From positions 64,001-114,269 of IMG/VR virus record IMGVR_UViG_3300020158_000005: DNA of 50,269 bases; one strand, written 5' to 3'. The DNA is from a virus. Taxonomy: Duplodnaviria; Heunggongvirae; Uroviricota; Caudoviricetes. Below the pieces are notes generated by a model. The model did no database searches, was not told the DNA's origin, and worked only from the letters and a program-made list of their open reading frames with translations. Positions 36,484 through 46,195 of this stretch are shown here, piece by piece; position 1 is the stretch's first letter, and each line of letters opens with the position of its first letter. A program made the translations under genes and the position numbers.

Positions 36484-37242
36484 TTAGAAAGGCAACTCTT
36501 TTAGGAGTTCATTAAGGGTGTTTTCAAACCACCAAATAGTGAATTCTCCGCCATTATTCATTTCTAATAATTGATTAATCTCTGTAAACACTCCTTTTGT
36601 ATCCCATGTTGTTTTAGACCTAGCTACATAGCTAGGATGGTCTAACACAAATATAGGATTTGTAAGAGGATAAACATATTTCTGTAAATACGAAGCTTCC
36701 TTCCCAAGAAACAAAATAGGGACTCCAGGAAAATTCTTTGTAATTACTTCTGCTAAAAAATACTCATAAAACTTTTCCCATACATTAGTATGGCTTCCAA
36801 TTTGACCTTGTATAATAGTAAGGGATTTATTTAATAATAGAACACCTTGGGCTGCTAAATAATGCAAATCATTGGTATAATGTGCATCACATTCAAATTC
36901 CTCTGCAATCCCATCAAAAAACGCTTTTAAGCTAGGTTGTAGCACTCCGTCATTACTATTTGAACAATCCAATGCTATTCCTGTTGCCTGACTACTACCA
37001 TCCTTATATACCCCTGGATAAGGGTCCTGTCCTATTACAATAAGACGTAGATTAGAATAGTTAGTTTCTTTAAAAGCTTTAAATGTATTTTCGCTTGTAG
37101 GAAGTATTTTAGCTCCTTTCATGCTATCATTCTTCAATCGTTTATAGATATTGAAAGCATTTTCTCCCTCAAAAAAATCTTGCATATACCTAGCCCAATC
37201 TCCAAATTTAGGCTCAAAAGATTCCCAATTTAGTTTATTCAT
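36484..37242 (-). CDS. ung: Uracil-DNA glycosylase (family 1)
   Basis: IGQDPYP, QPSL, AQGVLLLN, GSH, FLGK and HPS motifs. Confidence 0.92.
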   Translation of the reverse strand: MNKLNWESFEPKFGDWARYMQDFFEGENAFNIYKRLKNDSMKGAKILPTSENTFKAFKETNYSNLRLIVIGQDPYPGVYKDGSSQATGIALDCSNSNDGVLQPSLKAFFDGIAEEFECDAHYTNDLHYLAAQGVLLLNKSLTIIQGQIGSHTNVWEKFYEYFLAEVITKNFPGVPILFLGKEASYLQKYVYPLTNPIFVLDHPSYVARSKTTWDTKGVFTEINQLLEMNNGGEFTIWWFENTLNELLKELPF

Positions 37243-38210
37243 AAAATTCCTTTACTTTTTAAATGTTCTTCTAGTAGTTTAATATTATACTTTGCAAATT
37301 CTGCAGGGTCATTCACTCCGAATTCTAAATACTCATCAGGAGTGTTATAATGTTTATAGTTATGTTTTTCTGTAGCTATCTTTGATTGTTGTTTTCCTTG
37401 CTCATCGCTACCAAAACACACATAAATATTATCAGATATACTGTTCAGCATATCTACATTACTGTCAAATATTCTAGCATTTTCAGATTGAGTGGACACT
37501 GAACAGAGTCCAAAATTCTTCAACACTAAACTATCCTTCACTGACTTACACACCATTAAATTGTTACAACGATGTAGTCCTTTGGAATACCATAGATAAT
37601 TTCCTGGAACGTTATTTCTCCATTTATCTTTCTTCTCTACACCAATTCTTAATATCTTACATTTATCTACATCAGGAGCATAATAAGCAAACGTGAGTTC
37701 ATCAGGTTTTAACATCACCTTCTTATGGTCTATAGCTAATGCCTTGACCCTATAAACGTCATTCCTTTTGAGGAAATCAGTAGATAAATGATATGAATTC
37801 CAATAAGCTGCATGCTTACTATCATATTTTCCTTCTGTAAATGCAATATGAATCTCTTTAGTTTCATATTTAGACACTTTTTGAATTGAAATAATATTGT
37901 TATTTTCTAAACCTAGTGTTGCTATTATATGGTCCATAGCTTCTTTAAAGATAAATCCATATTTCTTCTGTACGAATTGTAAGGCACTACCAGACTCTCC
38001 TGTAGAAAAATCTTTATAAAGAAAGACTTCTCCCTTGAAAAATATTACAAATGAAGGAGACTTATCTTTTCTTAATGGACTATTAAAAGGCTTACTTAGT
38101 GGAAAACTCCCTATCTCATATTTGAAAATATCTAATCCATTATGTGTAAGGGCTAACACTTCGTCCCAAGTAATCAATTTATGTTCCTTTTTCTGTACTC
38201 CTTTTATCAT
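37239..38210 (-). CDS. DNA primase (N-terminal SPLR..DK.PSF domain plus TOPRIM-like domain)
   Basis: FNSPLRKDKSPSF, LYKDFSTGESG...FV, KSVKD, QSEN, FGSDEQG, NDPAE. Confidence 0.75.
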   Translation of the reverse strand: MIKGVQKKEHKLITWDEVLALTHNGLDIFKYEIGSFPLSKPFNSPLRKDKSPSFVIFFKGEVFLYKDFSTGESGSALQFVQKKYGFIFKEAMDHIIATLGLENNNIISIQKVSKYETKEIHIAFTEGKYDSKHAAYWNSYHLSTDFLKRNDVYRVKALAIDHKKVMLKPDELTFAYYAPDVDKCKILRIGVEKKDKWRNNVPGNYLWYSKGLHRCNNLMVCKSVKDSLVLKNFGLCSVSTQSENARIFDSNVDMLNSISDNIYVCFGSDEQGKQQSKIATEKHNYKHYNTPDEYLEFGVNDPAEFAKYNIKLLEEHLKSKGIL

Positions 38211-38225
38211 AGTGTAAAATTAAAA

Positions 38226-38251
38226 AAAGCTTGGTATTTCTACCAAGCTTT
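38226..38251 (-). terminator. Intrinsic terminator
   Basis: AAAGCTTGGTA-GAAA loop (minus strand)-TACCAAGCTTT followed by a T run. Confidence 0.85.
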
Positions 38252-38272
38252 CTAAAAAATAAAAAATGAACA

Positions 38273-39160
38273 CTAATAATCATCCCCAGCCGTACTAATT
38301 TCAGCTTTTGTAGCTGTTGTAGCACTAATATCTGCTGTAGGTTCATATGGAACAAGTTTACCTAATGTATAAGTAGCTTTAAATCCATACTCTCCATCTA
38401 AACCTTCTTTAAATTTCTTAAACGTTTTAGCTTGGTAATCATTACTGAAACTTCCGCTAATAGCACCTTTATAGAATTCCTTACCTAAGAAAGCTTTAGA
38501 CCAAATAGATTGATATTGCTTTACTTCTGTTTCTCCTGCATCATTGGTTTTCTCTACATTACGTACACCAAATAAAGCAACAAAAGAAGTAGCATAATCA
38601 CTATCCACTAACTCTCTAAACTCCTTATAATTACCTCTAAATAAACGTTTTGTGTCAATTGTTACTTCGGTTCCAGGTTGGTTCCAGTCAAGTCTTCCTT
38701 GCCAAGTACGTAAAAATACAGCTAATTCTTCTTCCCCTACTAGAGCCTTTCTCCAAGTTTTAGGTCCTAACAGTTTATTAGTTTTTCTTTCTGTAAAGTT
38801 AGTAAACCATTCAGGGAATGTACCTTCATCATTAGACCAACTAGTGCTACAAGTGCTATTAATTACTTGATGTTTAGTTTCGTCCTTATTCAATCTCACT
38901 TTGTCTATAAGAGAAATATTGTGGTATGCTATACTACCGTCTTGCTTTTCTAGTACAAAACATAAACGCACTCTTGCGTCTCCATCTTTTGTCTCTCCTA
39001 CATAGTCAATTTCATCAGCTTCTTTTTCTCTGTCGGTGATGTCTAAAATACTGTCAAGTTCTTTCCTCGTTGGGTTGACAGCTATCACTTTAACTAATTC
39101 AAAACCTGTAAATAACTCTTGTACGAAAGTACTCTCTTTTCTTTCTTGTCCTTTTATCAT
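38273..39160 (-). CDS. Putative single-stranded DNA-binding protein
   Basis: Replication-module position, beta-rich, ends with acidic DDY, followed by a terminator. Confidence 0.5.
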   Translation of the reverse strand: MIKGQERKESTFVQELFTGFELVKVIAVNPTRKELDSILDITDREKEADEIDYVGETKDGDARVRLCFVLEKQDGSIAYHNISLIDKVRLNKDETKHQVINSTCSTSWSNDEGTFPEWFTNFTERKTNKLLGPKTWRKALVGEEELAVFLRTWQGRLDWNQPGTEVTIDTKRLFRGNYKEFRELVDSDYATSFVALFGVRNVEKTNDAGETEVKQYQSIWSKAFLGKEFYKGAISGSFSNDYQAKTFKKFKEGLDGEYGFKATYTLGKLVPYEPTADISATTATKAEISTAGDDY

Positions 39161-39183
39161 ATTGCTTATTTTAATGTATTGTA

Positions 39184-39852
39184 TTACCCTTCGTAATACT
39201 CTTTTAATTTTTCACTTACTATAGATAGTTTATTCTCTATCTTAATGTCTTCAAACATTCCTCTAGGACTCTTTGCAGGAATTTTACCCATTCTATTTGT
39301 AATGAAATTATAAGAAGTTTTATCCCCTTTACTCTCTACAGACGTGTATAACACCACTGTAAATAATCCTTCCATAACAATTTGTGTGTCAATAGCTTTC
39401 CCTGAAGTTTTAATTTTATAGGAAACAATATCTTCCCCATCTTTCACTTCTTCAGAGTGTGTAAAATAGTAAATATTCAAATCCGAACGTAATTTCTTAC
39501 ATTCCTGTATCATATTTAACATATCCTTAGCCATTAAGCTAAACTTAGTAAATCCTACTTCTGTAGCCTTATTAATAAGGTTAAAAGACATTAGATAATT
39601 AGCATCTTCAATAATCACATCTGTAATATGAAGAGCTTTTTCAGAAATAATCTTTAATTTATTTAGAACATCTATAGGATTGGATGGTTCAAAATAATTC
39701 TTGTTATCTGTATTATACAGTTTCTTACTACCTTTAAATGGAAGTTCTTTTCCGCTTACATTGATGATGTACGTAGTTTTACTGTCTAATGATTCAATAG
39801 ACGAAGATTTACCTGTTCCTGATTCTCCTACAATAGCTGCTAAATTAGCCAT
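39184..39852 (-). CDS. AAA_24/Sak4-like P-loop ATPase
   Basis: IVGESGTGKSSS, INV.GK.LPF, VIIEDANY, HSE, GLFTVVL. Confidence 0.8.
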   Translation of the reverse strand: MANLAAIVGESGTGKSSSIESLDSKTTYIINVSGKELPFKGSKKLYNTDNKNYFEPSNPIDVLNKLKIISEKALHITDVIIEDANYLMSFNLINKATEVGFTKFSLMAKDMLNMIQECKKLRSDLNIYYFTHSEEVKDGEDIVSYKIKTSGKAIDTQIVMEGLFTVVLYTSVESKGDKTSYNFITNRMGKIPAKSPRGMFEDIKIENKLSIVSEKLKEYYEG

Positions 39853-39855
39853 AAT

Positions 39856-40107
39856 TTATAAATTTTTATAATATTTAAGATACATTAATTGCTGTCTTAT
39901 TCCAAATTCTCTTGTTGCTACATTAGGAGTGAGAATACTATAGCCATTGTACCAAGCTTCTGATAATCTCGCCATTTTATCGACATCAAATATTCTGCTT
40001 CTTCCCTGTATAATTCCTTTATCATCTGCAAAGGAACGTATTACAGCAGTAAGTTCTTCAATTTTCTCACAAGCATTCACTGCTTGATATTTTTCTAATT
40101 CTGTCAT
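39856..40107 (-). CDS. Hypothetical protein
   Basis: 83 aa; TREFGIRQQ motif. Confidence 0.65.
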   Translation of the reverse strand: MTELEKYQAVNACEKIEELTAVIRSFADDKGIIQGRSRIFDVDKMARLSEAWYNGYSILTPNVATREFGIRQQLMYLKYYKNL

Positions 40108-40126
40108 AAATATTCGTATTTATACG

Positions 40127-40158
40127 TAAATATACGTAATTTAGTTGATATTTCCAAA
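40127..40158 (-). promoter_or_regulatory. Promoter TTTG-N20-TATATTTA
   Basis: One mismatch to consensus, correct spacing, upstream of 40107. Confidence 0.6.
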
Positions 40159-40293
40159 TTCTACATTAGATAAATCTTCCCATTTCCATAATTGATTTAC
40201 GTTTTTACTCACTAAAGGAAACCCACAAAATAGTGTTTTATTAGAGTATTCTACTATAGGTAGAGTATTCTTTTGTTTTCTACGTTTTGCCAT
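40141..40293 (-). CDS. Small hypothetical protein (50 aa, absent from ORF track)
   Basis: MAKRRKQKNTLPIVEYSNKTLFCGFPLVSKNVNQLWKWEDLSNVEFGNIN. Confidence 0.5.
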   Translation of the reverse strand: MAKRRKQKNTLPIVEYSNKTLFCGFPLVSKNVNQLWKWEDLSNVEFGNIN

Positions 40294-40506
40294 TTAATTT
40301 TCTGTTATAATTGTTGTGGCAGAAATAGTTCTACCGTAATTTATACACATAGCTACAAGAGTTTCCAATCCAAATAAATGGTTGTCTATTAAAGCTTGTT
40401 TTAAACCCATTGTATCCTCTAAATCATAACCAGCTTCAACCCATTCTACATAGTTTGCTTGTAAACTATACTTAAGTACTTCTATTGTTTTGAATCTGTC
40501 TTCCAT
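40294..40506 (-). CDS. Hypothetical protein
   Basis: 70-aa ORF. Confidence 0.55.
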   Translation of the reverse strand: MEDRFKTIEVLKYSLQANYVEWVEAGYDLEDTMGLKQALIDNHLFGLETLVAMCINYGRTISATTIITEN

Positions 40507-41584
40507 TATAAAAATAGTTGATTTTTGTACTGTCTAACATAGACAGGCTTTCCTTTAATTTTTTTAGTTCTGCAGGTTCGTTAAGACATAAAATATGTAA
40601 ATCCGCTATTTTATCCTTATAATCTAGCTTAATAGCTCTGTTTAATATCTGGGAGGTCTCTTCTGCGTTATAAGTGAAATTAGTAAGAATAACACTATCC
40701 AGGTTTGGGTAAGTCACTCCCACTTTTCCAATAGCAGCTAAAGCAAGTTGATTTATTGTACCTTCTTTAAAGGCAGTGAATACACCTTCTTCTTTACTTT
40801 TACTATGATAGGAAGGAATTCCTAAACTATCTGCAGCTTTACTTAATCCCGTAAATACTAACACACGTTTGTCTTTAAGCTTTTCTAATAACCGAAGGGT
40901 ATATTCTTTCTTAGCTATAGAAGAGAGTGATAATCTATTTCTAGCAAGGGCTAAATACATAAAATTATCCCCATCTTGTTTTAATTTTTCTATTACCCAT
41001 GTATAAGCATCATAACGCTGTTTTTCTGTCTTTCTTTTTCCTTTCTTATCTTCTGTATAGATTTTAGTATCTAAATCCACTAAATGTACATTAATTAAAT
41101 AGTTGGCTAATATACCATCATCTATTCCTTCTAATGTAGTGTATTTAGCTATGCAAGGATAACCCCAATCTTTCTTGGTTTCTTCACTTACAGTACCAGA
41201 TAATAAAAGTGCAATACAGGAAGCATCTATAATATTTCTACAATATTCCCTTTCTAAGGGAGAAGCCGCATGAAATTCATCTATAATAAAGAAATCAAAA
41301 GCACTATCTCTAAAATGTTTAAGAGAGCTAAAATTGACAAATAAAACATTTTCCATGTCATACCCCCATAGATTCATTTCATCTATCCAGGTTTGTTGTA
41401 ATTTATTATCAGGATAAGCTATAAATATTTTAGGATTGTAATGATAGGTTTTTAACAAATCTATTACCACTTTACATTTACCAAATCTCATAGCTAAATC
41501 TATATAACCTATAGAAACATGATTAGAAAAAAAGTCTTTTATTTGTTTTACTACCTTAGCTTGTAATTCGTCTTGTGTACTCAT
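40472..41584 (-). CDS. Superfamily 2 helicase-like protein
   Basis: MRFGKC Walker A-like, IIDEFH, LSGT, GVTYPNL, QILNR. Confidence 0.8.
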   Translation of the reverse strand: MSTQDELQAKVVKQIKDFFSNHVSIGYIDLAMRFGKCKVVIDLLKTYHYNPKIFIAYPDNKLQQTWIDEMNLWGYDMENVLFVNFSSLKHFRDSAFDFFIIDEFHAASPLEREYCRNIIDASCIALLLSGTVSEETKKDWGYPCIAKYTTLEGIDDGILANYLINVHLVDLDTKIYTEDKKGKRKTEKQRYDAYTWVIEKLKQDGDNFMYLALARNRLSLSSIAKKEYTLRLLEKLKDKRVLVFTGLSKAADSLGIPSYHSKSKEEGVFTAFKEGTINQLALAAIGKVGVTYPNLDSVILTNFTYNAEETSQILNRAIKLDYKDKIADLHILCLNEPAELKKLKESLSMLDSTKINYFYNGRQIQNNRST

Positions 41585-41829
41585 AATCCAAATTTTTGAT
41601 TGAAATGGTCATACACCTTAGTCATTACTCTAGCTAAATCTACTGTACTTACCCCATTTTTTGTAGGAATAGCTTTACCATGATAGTTAGCTAAAAATAC
41701 AGGGAATTGTTGAGAGAATTCTTCTAATGAAAGAAGAACTCCCTTAGACATATCCTTATAATATTCATAAGCTAGAGAGAGTGGAAATTCTTGTCCTCCC
41801 CTTATTTTAATATATTCTTCTTTTGTCAT
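41581..41829 (-). CDS. Hypothetical protein
   Basis: 82-aa ORF. Confidence 0.65.
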   Translation of the reverse strand: MTKEEYIKIRGGQEFPLSLAYEYYKDMSKGVLLSLEEFSQQFPVFLANYHGKAIPTKNGVSTVDLARVMTKVYDHFNQKFGL

Positions 41830-42218
41830 AATAATTTCCTTTTTTCATATTCTTCAAAAAATCCTAATTTCATTCCTTTCTCTATCAATTCTCTTAATAG
41901 TTTAAAATCTTTCATATTAAAACTATCAATATTGATTAATTCAGCAAATTCTTTAGAGTCTAATATTTCATTTGTATCTATCCAAGGAACTAACACTTTA
42001 TTTAATAGTGTCTCTATAATATAATCTTCATTATCCCAGATTTCTAAATATTCTTCCAGACTTACCATACCTTTTTCTTTAATAAAACTTAAAGAAGGCA
42101 TGTAGTAAATATCCTTATAAGGGTCATATCCTACACTAAGGTTAAAAGATATATCACTTCCTTGTGCTGTAAGAGTAAAATCTCCGTAAATCGGGTTAAC
42201 ACTTATAATCTCTTGCAT
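41826..42218 (-). CDS. Hypothetical protein
   Basis: 130-aa ORF. Confidence 0.6.
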   Translation of the reverse strand: MQEIISVNPIYGDFTLTAQGSDISFNLSVGYDPYKDIYYMPSLSFIKEKGMVSLEEYLEIWDNEDYIIETLLNKVLVPWIDTNEILDSKEFAELINIDSFNMKDFKLLRELIEKGMKLGFFEEYEKRKLL

Positions 42219-42535
42219 TATATTTTATTTTTAATTGTTTCTTTAATAAGTTCTTTTTCGTTAATTTCTGTACCATCTAAATTAGAAAATCTTTTAATAT
42301 CAAAGGTAGGTTCCATCATAGTTTCCCCTAAAATAGGGTTTTGAACAGGCACTTTTGGGTTTTTTAATTCTTCCAATAGTACACCTATTTTATTCCCATC
42401 TCCAGGTTTTGTGGCATGATTTATCACTTGTCTTATATTATAGATTTTATCCTGTTTAGGACTTTGTACACCGTATTGGGTATAAAAAGCTACTGTTTCT
42501 GGGGGAAATTTACCATTTATACATATTACTTCCAT
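42218..42535 (-). CDS. Hypothetical protein
   Basis: 105 aa; VICIN...IY.IR...GVLLEE..NP...EP.F...RF. Confidence 0.65.
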   Translation of the reverse strand: MEVICINGKFPPETVAFYTQYGVQSPKQDKIYNIRQVINHATKPGDGNKIGVLLEELKNPKVPVQNPILGETMMEPTFDIKRFSNLDGTEINEKELIKETIKNKI

Positions 42536-42536
42536 G

Positions 42537-43481
42537 TTATAAAGTTAATTTTCTTGCAAATTTAGAAGGCATAAACTTGTCAAAGTCAAATAAAGGGAAT
42601 CCTGTTTCAATATCAGTATATCTATTAGACTTTCTATCAAATCTCACTGCTAATCTTTGTGGAATACCCACTAATTTTTGTTTTTTAATCTTCTGAGAAG
42701 CAAATTGTACTTCTGTATCCATTTTATCCGAAGCATACTTAGGTCTCCAAACAGACAAAACATTGTCAAATCCATCAGACCAACTACCACCACCCTTCAC
42801 TCTATACATAGAGGGTTCAGGATATTGTTTCACTGTACCTACTTCCATTTGAGGAGTAAGTTGGTGCATAACTAAATGGAACGATGTATTTGTTTCCCTA
42901 CAGAAGTCAATAGCCAAACTACCAATATAGCCAGCGTATATATCATCCCTTTCGGAAAATCCTTTAGGGCGAGCAAATTTAACAATAGGGTCAATAATAC
43001 ATCCATATACATCTCCTTGTTCGTCTTCACATACTTGTCTAAAAGCTTCTAATACACCTTTAATTGTGTTATTTGGGGGTTTTATATAGACAAATATGAA
43101 CAAATCTTTAATAAGTTCATAAGCATGTCTATATAAATCTTCTGAAATAACACCTGGATAGTCCTTATCTGTAGTACGACCTGTTAAGGTATGTATCATA
43201 TCGTCAAAGAATTCATGAGCAGGAAAATCTTCTGGGGAAGAGAAAACGAATTTCTTATCTGTCTCAAGAGCTTTCTTGATAGATAATTGCTTAATAAACA
43301 GACTCTTACCTTCATTTGCATATCCTGTCCAAATATTAGCTTCTTGGGTACGCCAAGTCCAACATTTATCAATATCTGCATTATAAGTGGTAGTACCTTT
43401 TATCTTACCATTTAATAGCCCCTGAGTCATCTCTTCAATACAATCTTCAGGTTTATAAATTAATACTTTTTCTTCATCCAT
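42537..43481 (-). CDS. dnaB: DnaB-like replicative helicase (ATPase domain only)
   Basis: WTGYANEGKS Walker A, IIDP, LVMHQ, GGGSW.D..DNVL.VWRP, KIKKQK. Confidence 0.8.
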   Translation of the reverse strand: MDEEKVLIYKPEDCIEEMTQGLLNGKIKGTTTYNADIDKCWTWRTQEANIWTGYANEGKSLFIKQLSIKKALETDKKFVFSSPEDFPAHEFFDDMIHTLTGRTTDKDYPGVISEDLYRHAYELIKDLFIFVYIKPPNNTIKGVLEAFRQVCEDEQGDVYGCIIDPIVKFARPKGFSERDDIYAGYIGSLAIDFCRETNTSFHLVMHQLTPQMEVGTVKQYPEPSMYRVKGGGSWSDGFDNVLSVWRPKYASDKMDTEVQFASQKIKKQKLVGIPQRLAVRFDRKSNRYTDIETGFPLFDFDKFMPSKFARKLTL

Positions 43482-43485
43482 ATCC

Positions 43486-43806
43486 TTATTTTAAATATCC
43501 TTCATGTAATAAAAATTCATACACTTTAATAAATTCTTCTTTTGTTTTAAGGTCAGATATAAAATTAATATCATATTTTAATACTCTATTAGACCTAACA
43601 GAATTAATATACTCTTTATATAATTTATATCTTGATTCAGGATGTTCTATTTTATAATTTATGTGATGTATCACCCTATTTATAGCATGATATTGTAAAC
43701 TATCTCCCTGTCCCCTTCCTAAAAAATAAGCAAATGTAAAGCGATTTGAATAAGCTATTGCTATCAAATCTCCTTTTTGTAAAATTGGTCCATAATCTAA
43801 TTCCAT
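43486..43806 (-). CDS. Hypothetical protein
   Basis: 106-aa ORF. Confidence 0.65.
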   Translation of the reverse strand: MELDYGPILQKGDLIAIAYSNRFTFAYFLGRGQGDSLQYHAINRVIHHINYKIEHPESRYKLYKEYINSVRSNRVLKYDINFISDLKTKEEFIKVYEFLLHEGYLK

Positions 43807-43818
43807 AATAATAAATTT

Positions 43819-44448
43819 TTATCCAAATAAATCTTTAGTTTCCAGAGGAACTAAACTTTCTTCTTTCTCGTCTGCTTCATCGAAATTCTCTAAAGCTGTA
43901 GCTAATGCACTACCTCTTTCCTTATGTAGGATGAAATATTGTACTAACATTGTGTACACTTCTTTCTTACTACATTCATCTACAAACTTACATAACACTT
44001 TAGTGATTCTATCTTCATTCCAGAGTTCTGGGTACACCTGATTGAATCTTTTTAAATACACTTCTAAGTCTTTTACACCACATAAGAAATAGTATTTACT
44101 ACTCTTTATACGCATAATAGCTTGTCTTTTCTTTGTATTTTTCTCTAATATGTCCTGTAATTTAGTATGTAGAATAGTGGGAAAGTTGGGAGTAGCTACT
44201 TCTTTTCTTAATTTCAACTCTGTAGATGGGGTAGATAAATTATTTAACATATCTATTCCATCTACAGTAAGCTGCATTTTGTCCGTAATTAGTCCTTTTC
44301 TTGTAAGTAATTGAATTAATGCTCCTATTTTAGGGATTAAAGCAATTTCTTCATCCATTTCAGCTCCTGCAATAAGTTGTAATATATATATCGCATCTAA
44401 GCTGATTCTCCGTTCTGTTAGTCCTATAAATTTTTCTAATGTCACCAT
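43819..44448 (-). CDS. Hypothetical protein, possibly winged-HTH/replication-related
   Basis: 209 aa upstream of the helicase; LIQLLTRKGLI resembles a wHTH wing. Confidence 0.55.
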   Translation of the reverse strand: MVTLEKFIGLTERRISLDAIYILQLIAGAEMDEEIALIPKIGALIQLLTRKGLITDKMQLTVDGIDMLNNLSTPSTELKLRKEVATPNFPTILHTKLQDILEKNTKKRQAIMRIKSSKYYFLCGVKDLEVYLKRFNQVYPELWNEDRITKVLCKFVDECSKKEVYTMLVQYFILHKERGSALATALENFDEADEKEESLVPLETKDLFG

Positions 44449-44615
44449 ATATTTTCTTTATGTGGAAATATAATTGTATAAGTTCTTCCTTTTTTCCAAT
44501 TGTACCATAAAAGCCAATCTCCTGTTTCTGTATTTTTATCTATTACAAATTCAAATTTCCATTGTACTACCCATAAAATTACTACAATTATGAGTAAAAA
44601 TCTATAAATTGTCAT
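44442..44615 (-). CDS. Small membrane protein (57 aa, absent from ORF track)
   Basis: MTIYRFLLIIVVILWVVQWKFEFVIDKNTETGDWLLWYNWKKGRTYTIIFPHKENIW. Confidence 0.55.
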   Translation of the reverse strand: MTIYRFLLIIVVILWVVQWKFEFVIDKNTETGDWLLWYNWKKGRTYTIIFPHKENIW

Positions 44616-44619
44616 AAAT

Positions 44620-44739
44620 TTAATGTTTTTTATAGTGATGAAAATCCTTTCTAAAATCCCAAATCATTAATACTACTGCTATAGCAGCTACAATAAGAGA
44701 AATATAGAAAGGATGTTCTTTTATTAAATTATTCATCAT
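44620..44739 (-). CDS. Small single-TM protein (likely start MMNNL)
   Basis: FYISLIVAAIAVVLMIW hydrophobic segment. Confidence 0.5.
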   Translation of the reverse strand: MMNNLIKEHPFYISLIVAAIAVVLMIWDFRKDFHHYKKH

Positions 44740-44866
44740 CTCCTCCATTTTCATAACAACGTTCACACATACCATTATGGCTGGTTCCTCCTCCTGTAGA
44801 AGCGATTTCTCGTCCACAATATTTGCACCACACTTGTTTAAATAAGTTAATTAATTTTGATATCAT
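44729..44866 (-). CDS. Small Zn-finger protein (45 aa, absent from ORF track)
   Basis: MISKLINLFKQVWCKYCGREIASTGGGTSHNGMCERCYENGGDDE. Confidence 0.6.
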   Translation of the reverse strand: MISKLINLFKQVWCKYCGREIASTGGGTSHNGMCERCYENGGDDE

Positions 44867-44882
44867 TGTTATAATTTTTGTA

Positions 44883-45134
44883 TTATTTATTTACTCTTAA
44901 TCCATACATTAAATCAAACCAAGAAAATTGTAATTTAGCTTTATCTTTGTTTAATTTTAATGTTTTTTTAATTAACTCTATAGCATACTCTTTAAAACTA
45001 TCATATTGTTCTGGAGTAAGAGTGTTATTACTAAACCATTTTTCATCTTTTTTAACCTCTTTTATTGTTTTTCCTGCCATAGTAAGTTCGTATTCAATAA
45101 GATGGTCGTATAGATTATCCTTATTTATCTTCAT
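44883..45134 (-). CDS. Hypothetical protein
   Basis: 83 aa; FSWFDLMYGL. Confidence 0.65.
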   Translation of the reverse strand: MKINKDNLYDHLIEYELTMAGKTIKEVKKDEKWFSNNTLTPEQYDSFKEYAIELIKKTLKLNKDKAKLQFSWFDLMYGLRVNK

Positions 45135-45372
45135 ATTGTTCTAATTTATAATTACTATTCTGTGTTGTAAACATTGTCACATCATTATTTTCTAAAGAAA
45201 AAGATTTAATAATAGTAGTTTGCCAATATTTAAAAGGGGAATAATATAAAATACAACCTCTTCCTATTTCAGGTGTGTCATATATTAAATTACCGTCTTC
45301 TTTATACTCTATCCATTTTACTCTATCTCCAAAATTAATCAATCCATCATTTAATCTTGTTAATTTAAACAT
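45121..45372 (-). CDS. Hypothetical protein
   Basis: 83 aa; F.TQNS.YKL. Confidence 0.65.
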   Translation of the reverse strand: MFKLTRLNDGLINFGDRVKWIEYKEDGNLIYDTPEIGRGCILYYSPFKYWQTTIIKSFSLENNDVTMFTTQNSNYKLEQYEDK

Positions 45373-45379
45373 ATAAATT

Positions 45380-45712
45380 TTATTTTATATTTGTTAAAGG
45401 ATAAGAGTTGATAATAGATGATGCAGAAATAACTACTGTATCACTACCACATTCATATTCATCTAATAAGTCTTTATGGTCTGTATATTCTTCACTATTA
45501 ATAACTAGAAGTTTAGCTGAATCTTTAGCAGCTTCTAATGCAGCTTGTACATGTAGTTTAGCAAACTCTATCATTGCTTCTTTACAATCTGAGAAGTTGA
45601 TAACTACTTCTCCTTCTGTATCAGAATGAGCTACAAACCATGTAGCAAATCCTCTATCATTTATGTGTTCTTGTGCTGTAGGTAAATGTCCATCCTTTGT
45701 ATGTTTTTCCAT
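45380..45712 (-). CDS. Hypothetical protein ('PTAEE...MIEFAKLHVQAAL' type) whose start lies inside the upstream HEG
   Basis: PTAQE, MIEFAKLHVQAALEAA, SIINSYPLTNIK. Confidence 0.65.
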   Translation of the reverse strand: MEKHTKDGHLPTAQEHINDRGFATWFVAHSDTEGEVVINFSDCKEAMIEFAKLHVQAALEAAKDSAKLLVINSEEYTDHKDLLDEYECGSDTVVISASSIINSYPLTNIK

Positions 45713-46136
45713 TATATCTTCTTTTTAAAAATGCAATTATGTTTGATTTATGTAAATTTAAACCTTCAGCAGCCAGTCTTATTGAGTCAAAAGATAATAC
45801 TTGTTCTTCTTTTGTACATATAATCGGCTTACATACTTTTTTAGTTCGTTGTTTATCTTTCATATCCTTGGTAAAGGACTTACCAAAGAAATTATTTTTA
45901 TCCCCTATTTGTGATAGAGATATTTTTTCACTTCTTTCTTTGGTAAAGTCATATTTAACATGACAAGAACGACATAATTCTGTAAAACACGTTATGTCTT
46001 TACTATACTCACAACCTTGTAATAAAGCCCAATCATATACTTTTGCTGTAGTTGTACCGCAGTGTGAGCATATATTCTTTTTTGGGTAGTTTTCTCTTAG
46101 CCATTTATGCAAGGCACTATATTCTTTTTTATTCAT
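45657..46136 (-). mobile_element. Free-standing HNH-type homing endonuclease-like gene with NUMOD-type DNA-binding repeats
   Basis: LHKWLR...CSHC...YDWA...LCRSCHVKYD; NNFFGKSFT; SIRLAAEGLNLHKSNI..FLK; true start MNKKEY at 46136. Confidence 0.7.
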
Positions 46137-46140
46137 AATA

Positions 46141-46172
46141 CAAAAATACAATAACTACTTAATATTATCAAA
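46141..46172 (-). promoter_or_regulatory. Promoter TTTG-N20-TATTTTTG, 4 nt upstream of the HEG ATG
   Basis: Exact consensus and spacing. Confidence 0.75.
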
Positions 46173-46195
46173 TTCTGCTGTAGGTATATTCATAA

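Noticed and set aside
40111-40140. Short tandem repeat TATACGTAA(A/T) and 11-nt AGAATACTCTA repeat near 40250-40280
   Set aside because: Too short and AT-rich to be significant; the first is explained by the promoter. No CRISPR-like array anywhere in the window
45657-46193. Second group I intron around the HNH/NUMOD gene
   Set aside because: Only ~20-40 nt of non-coding flank, and no P/Q/R/S elements
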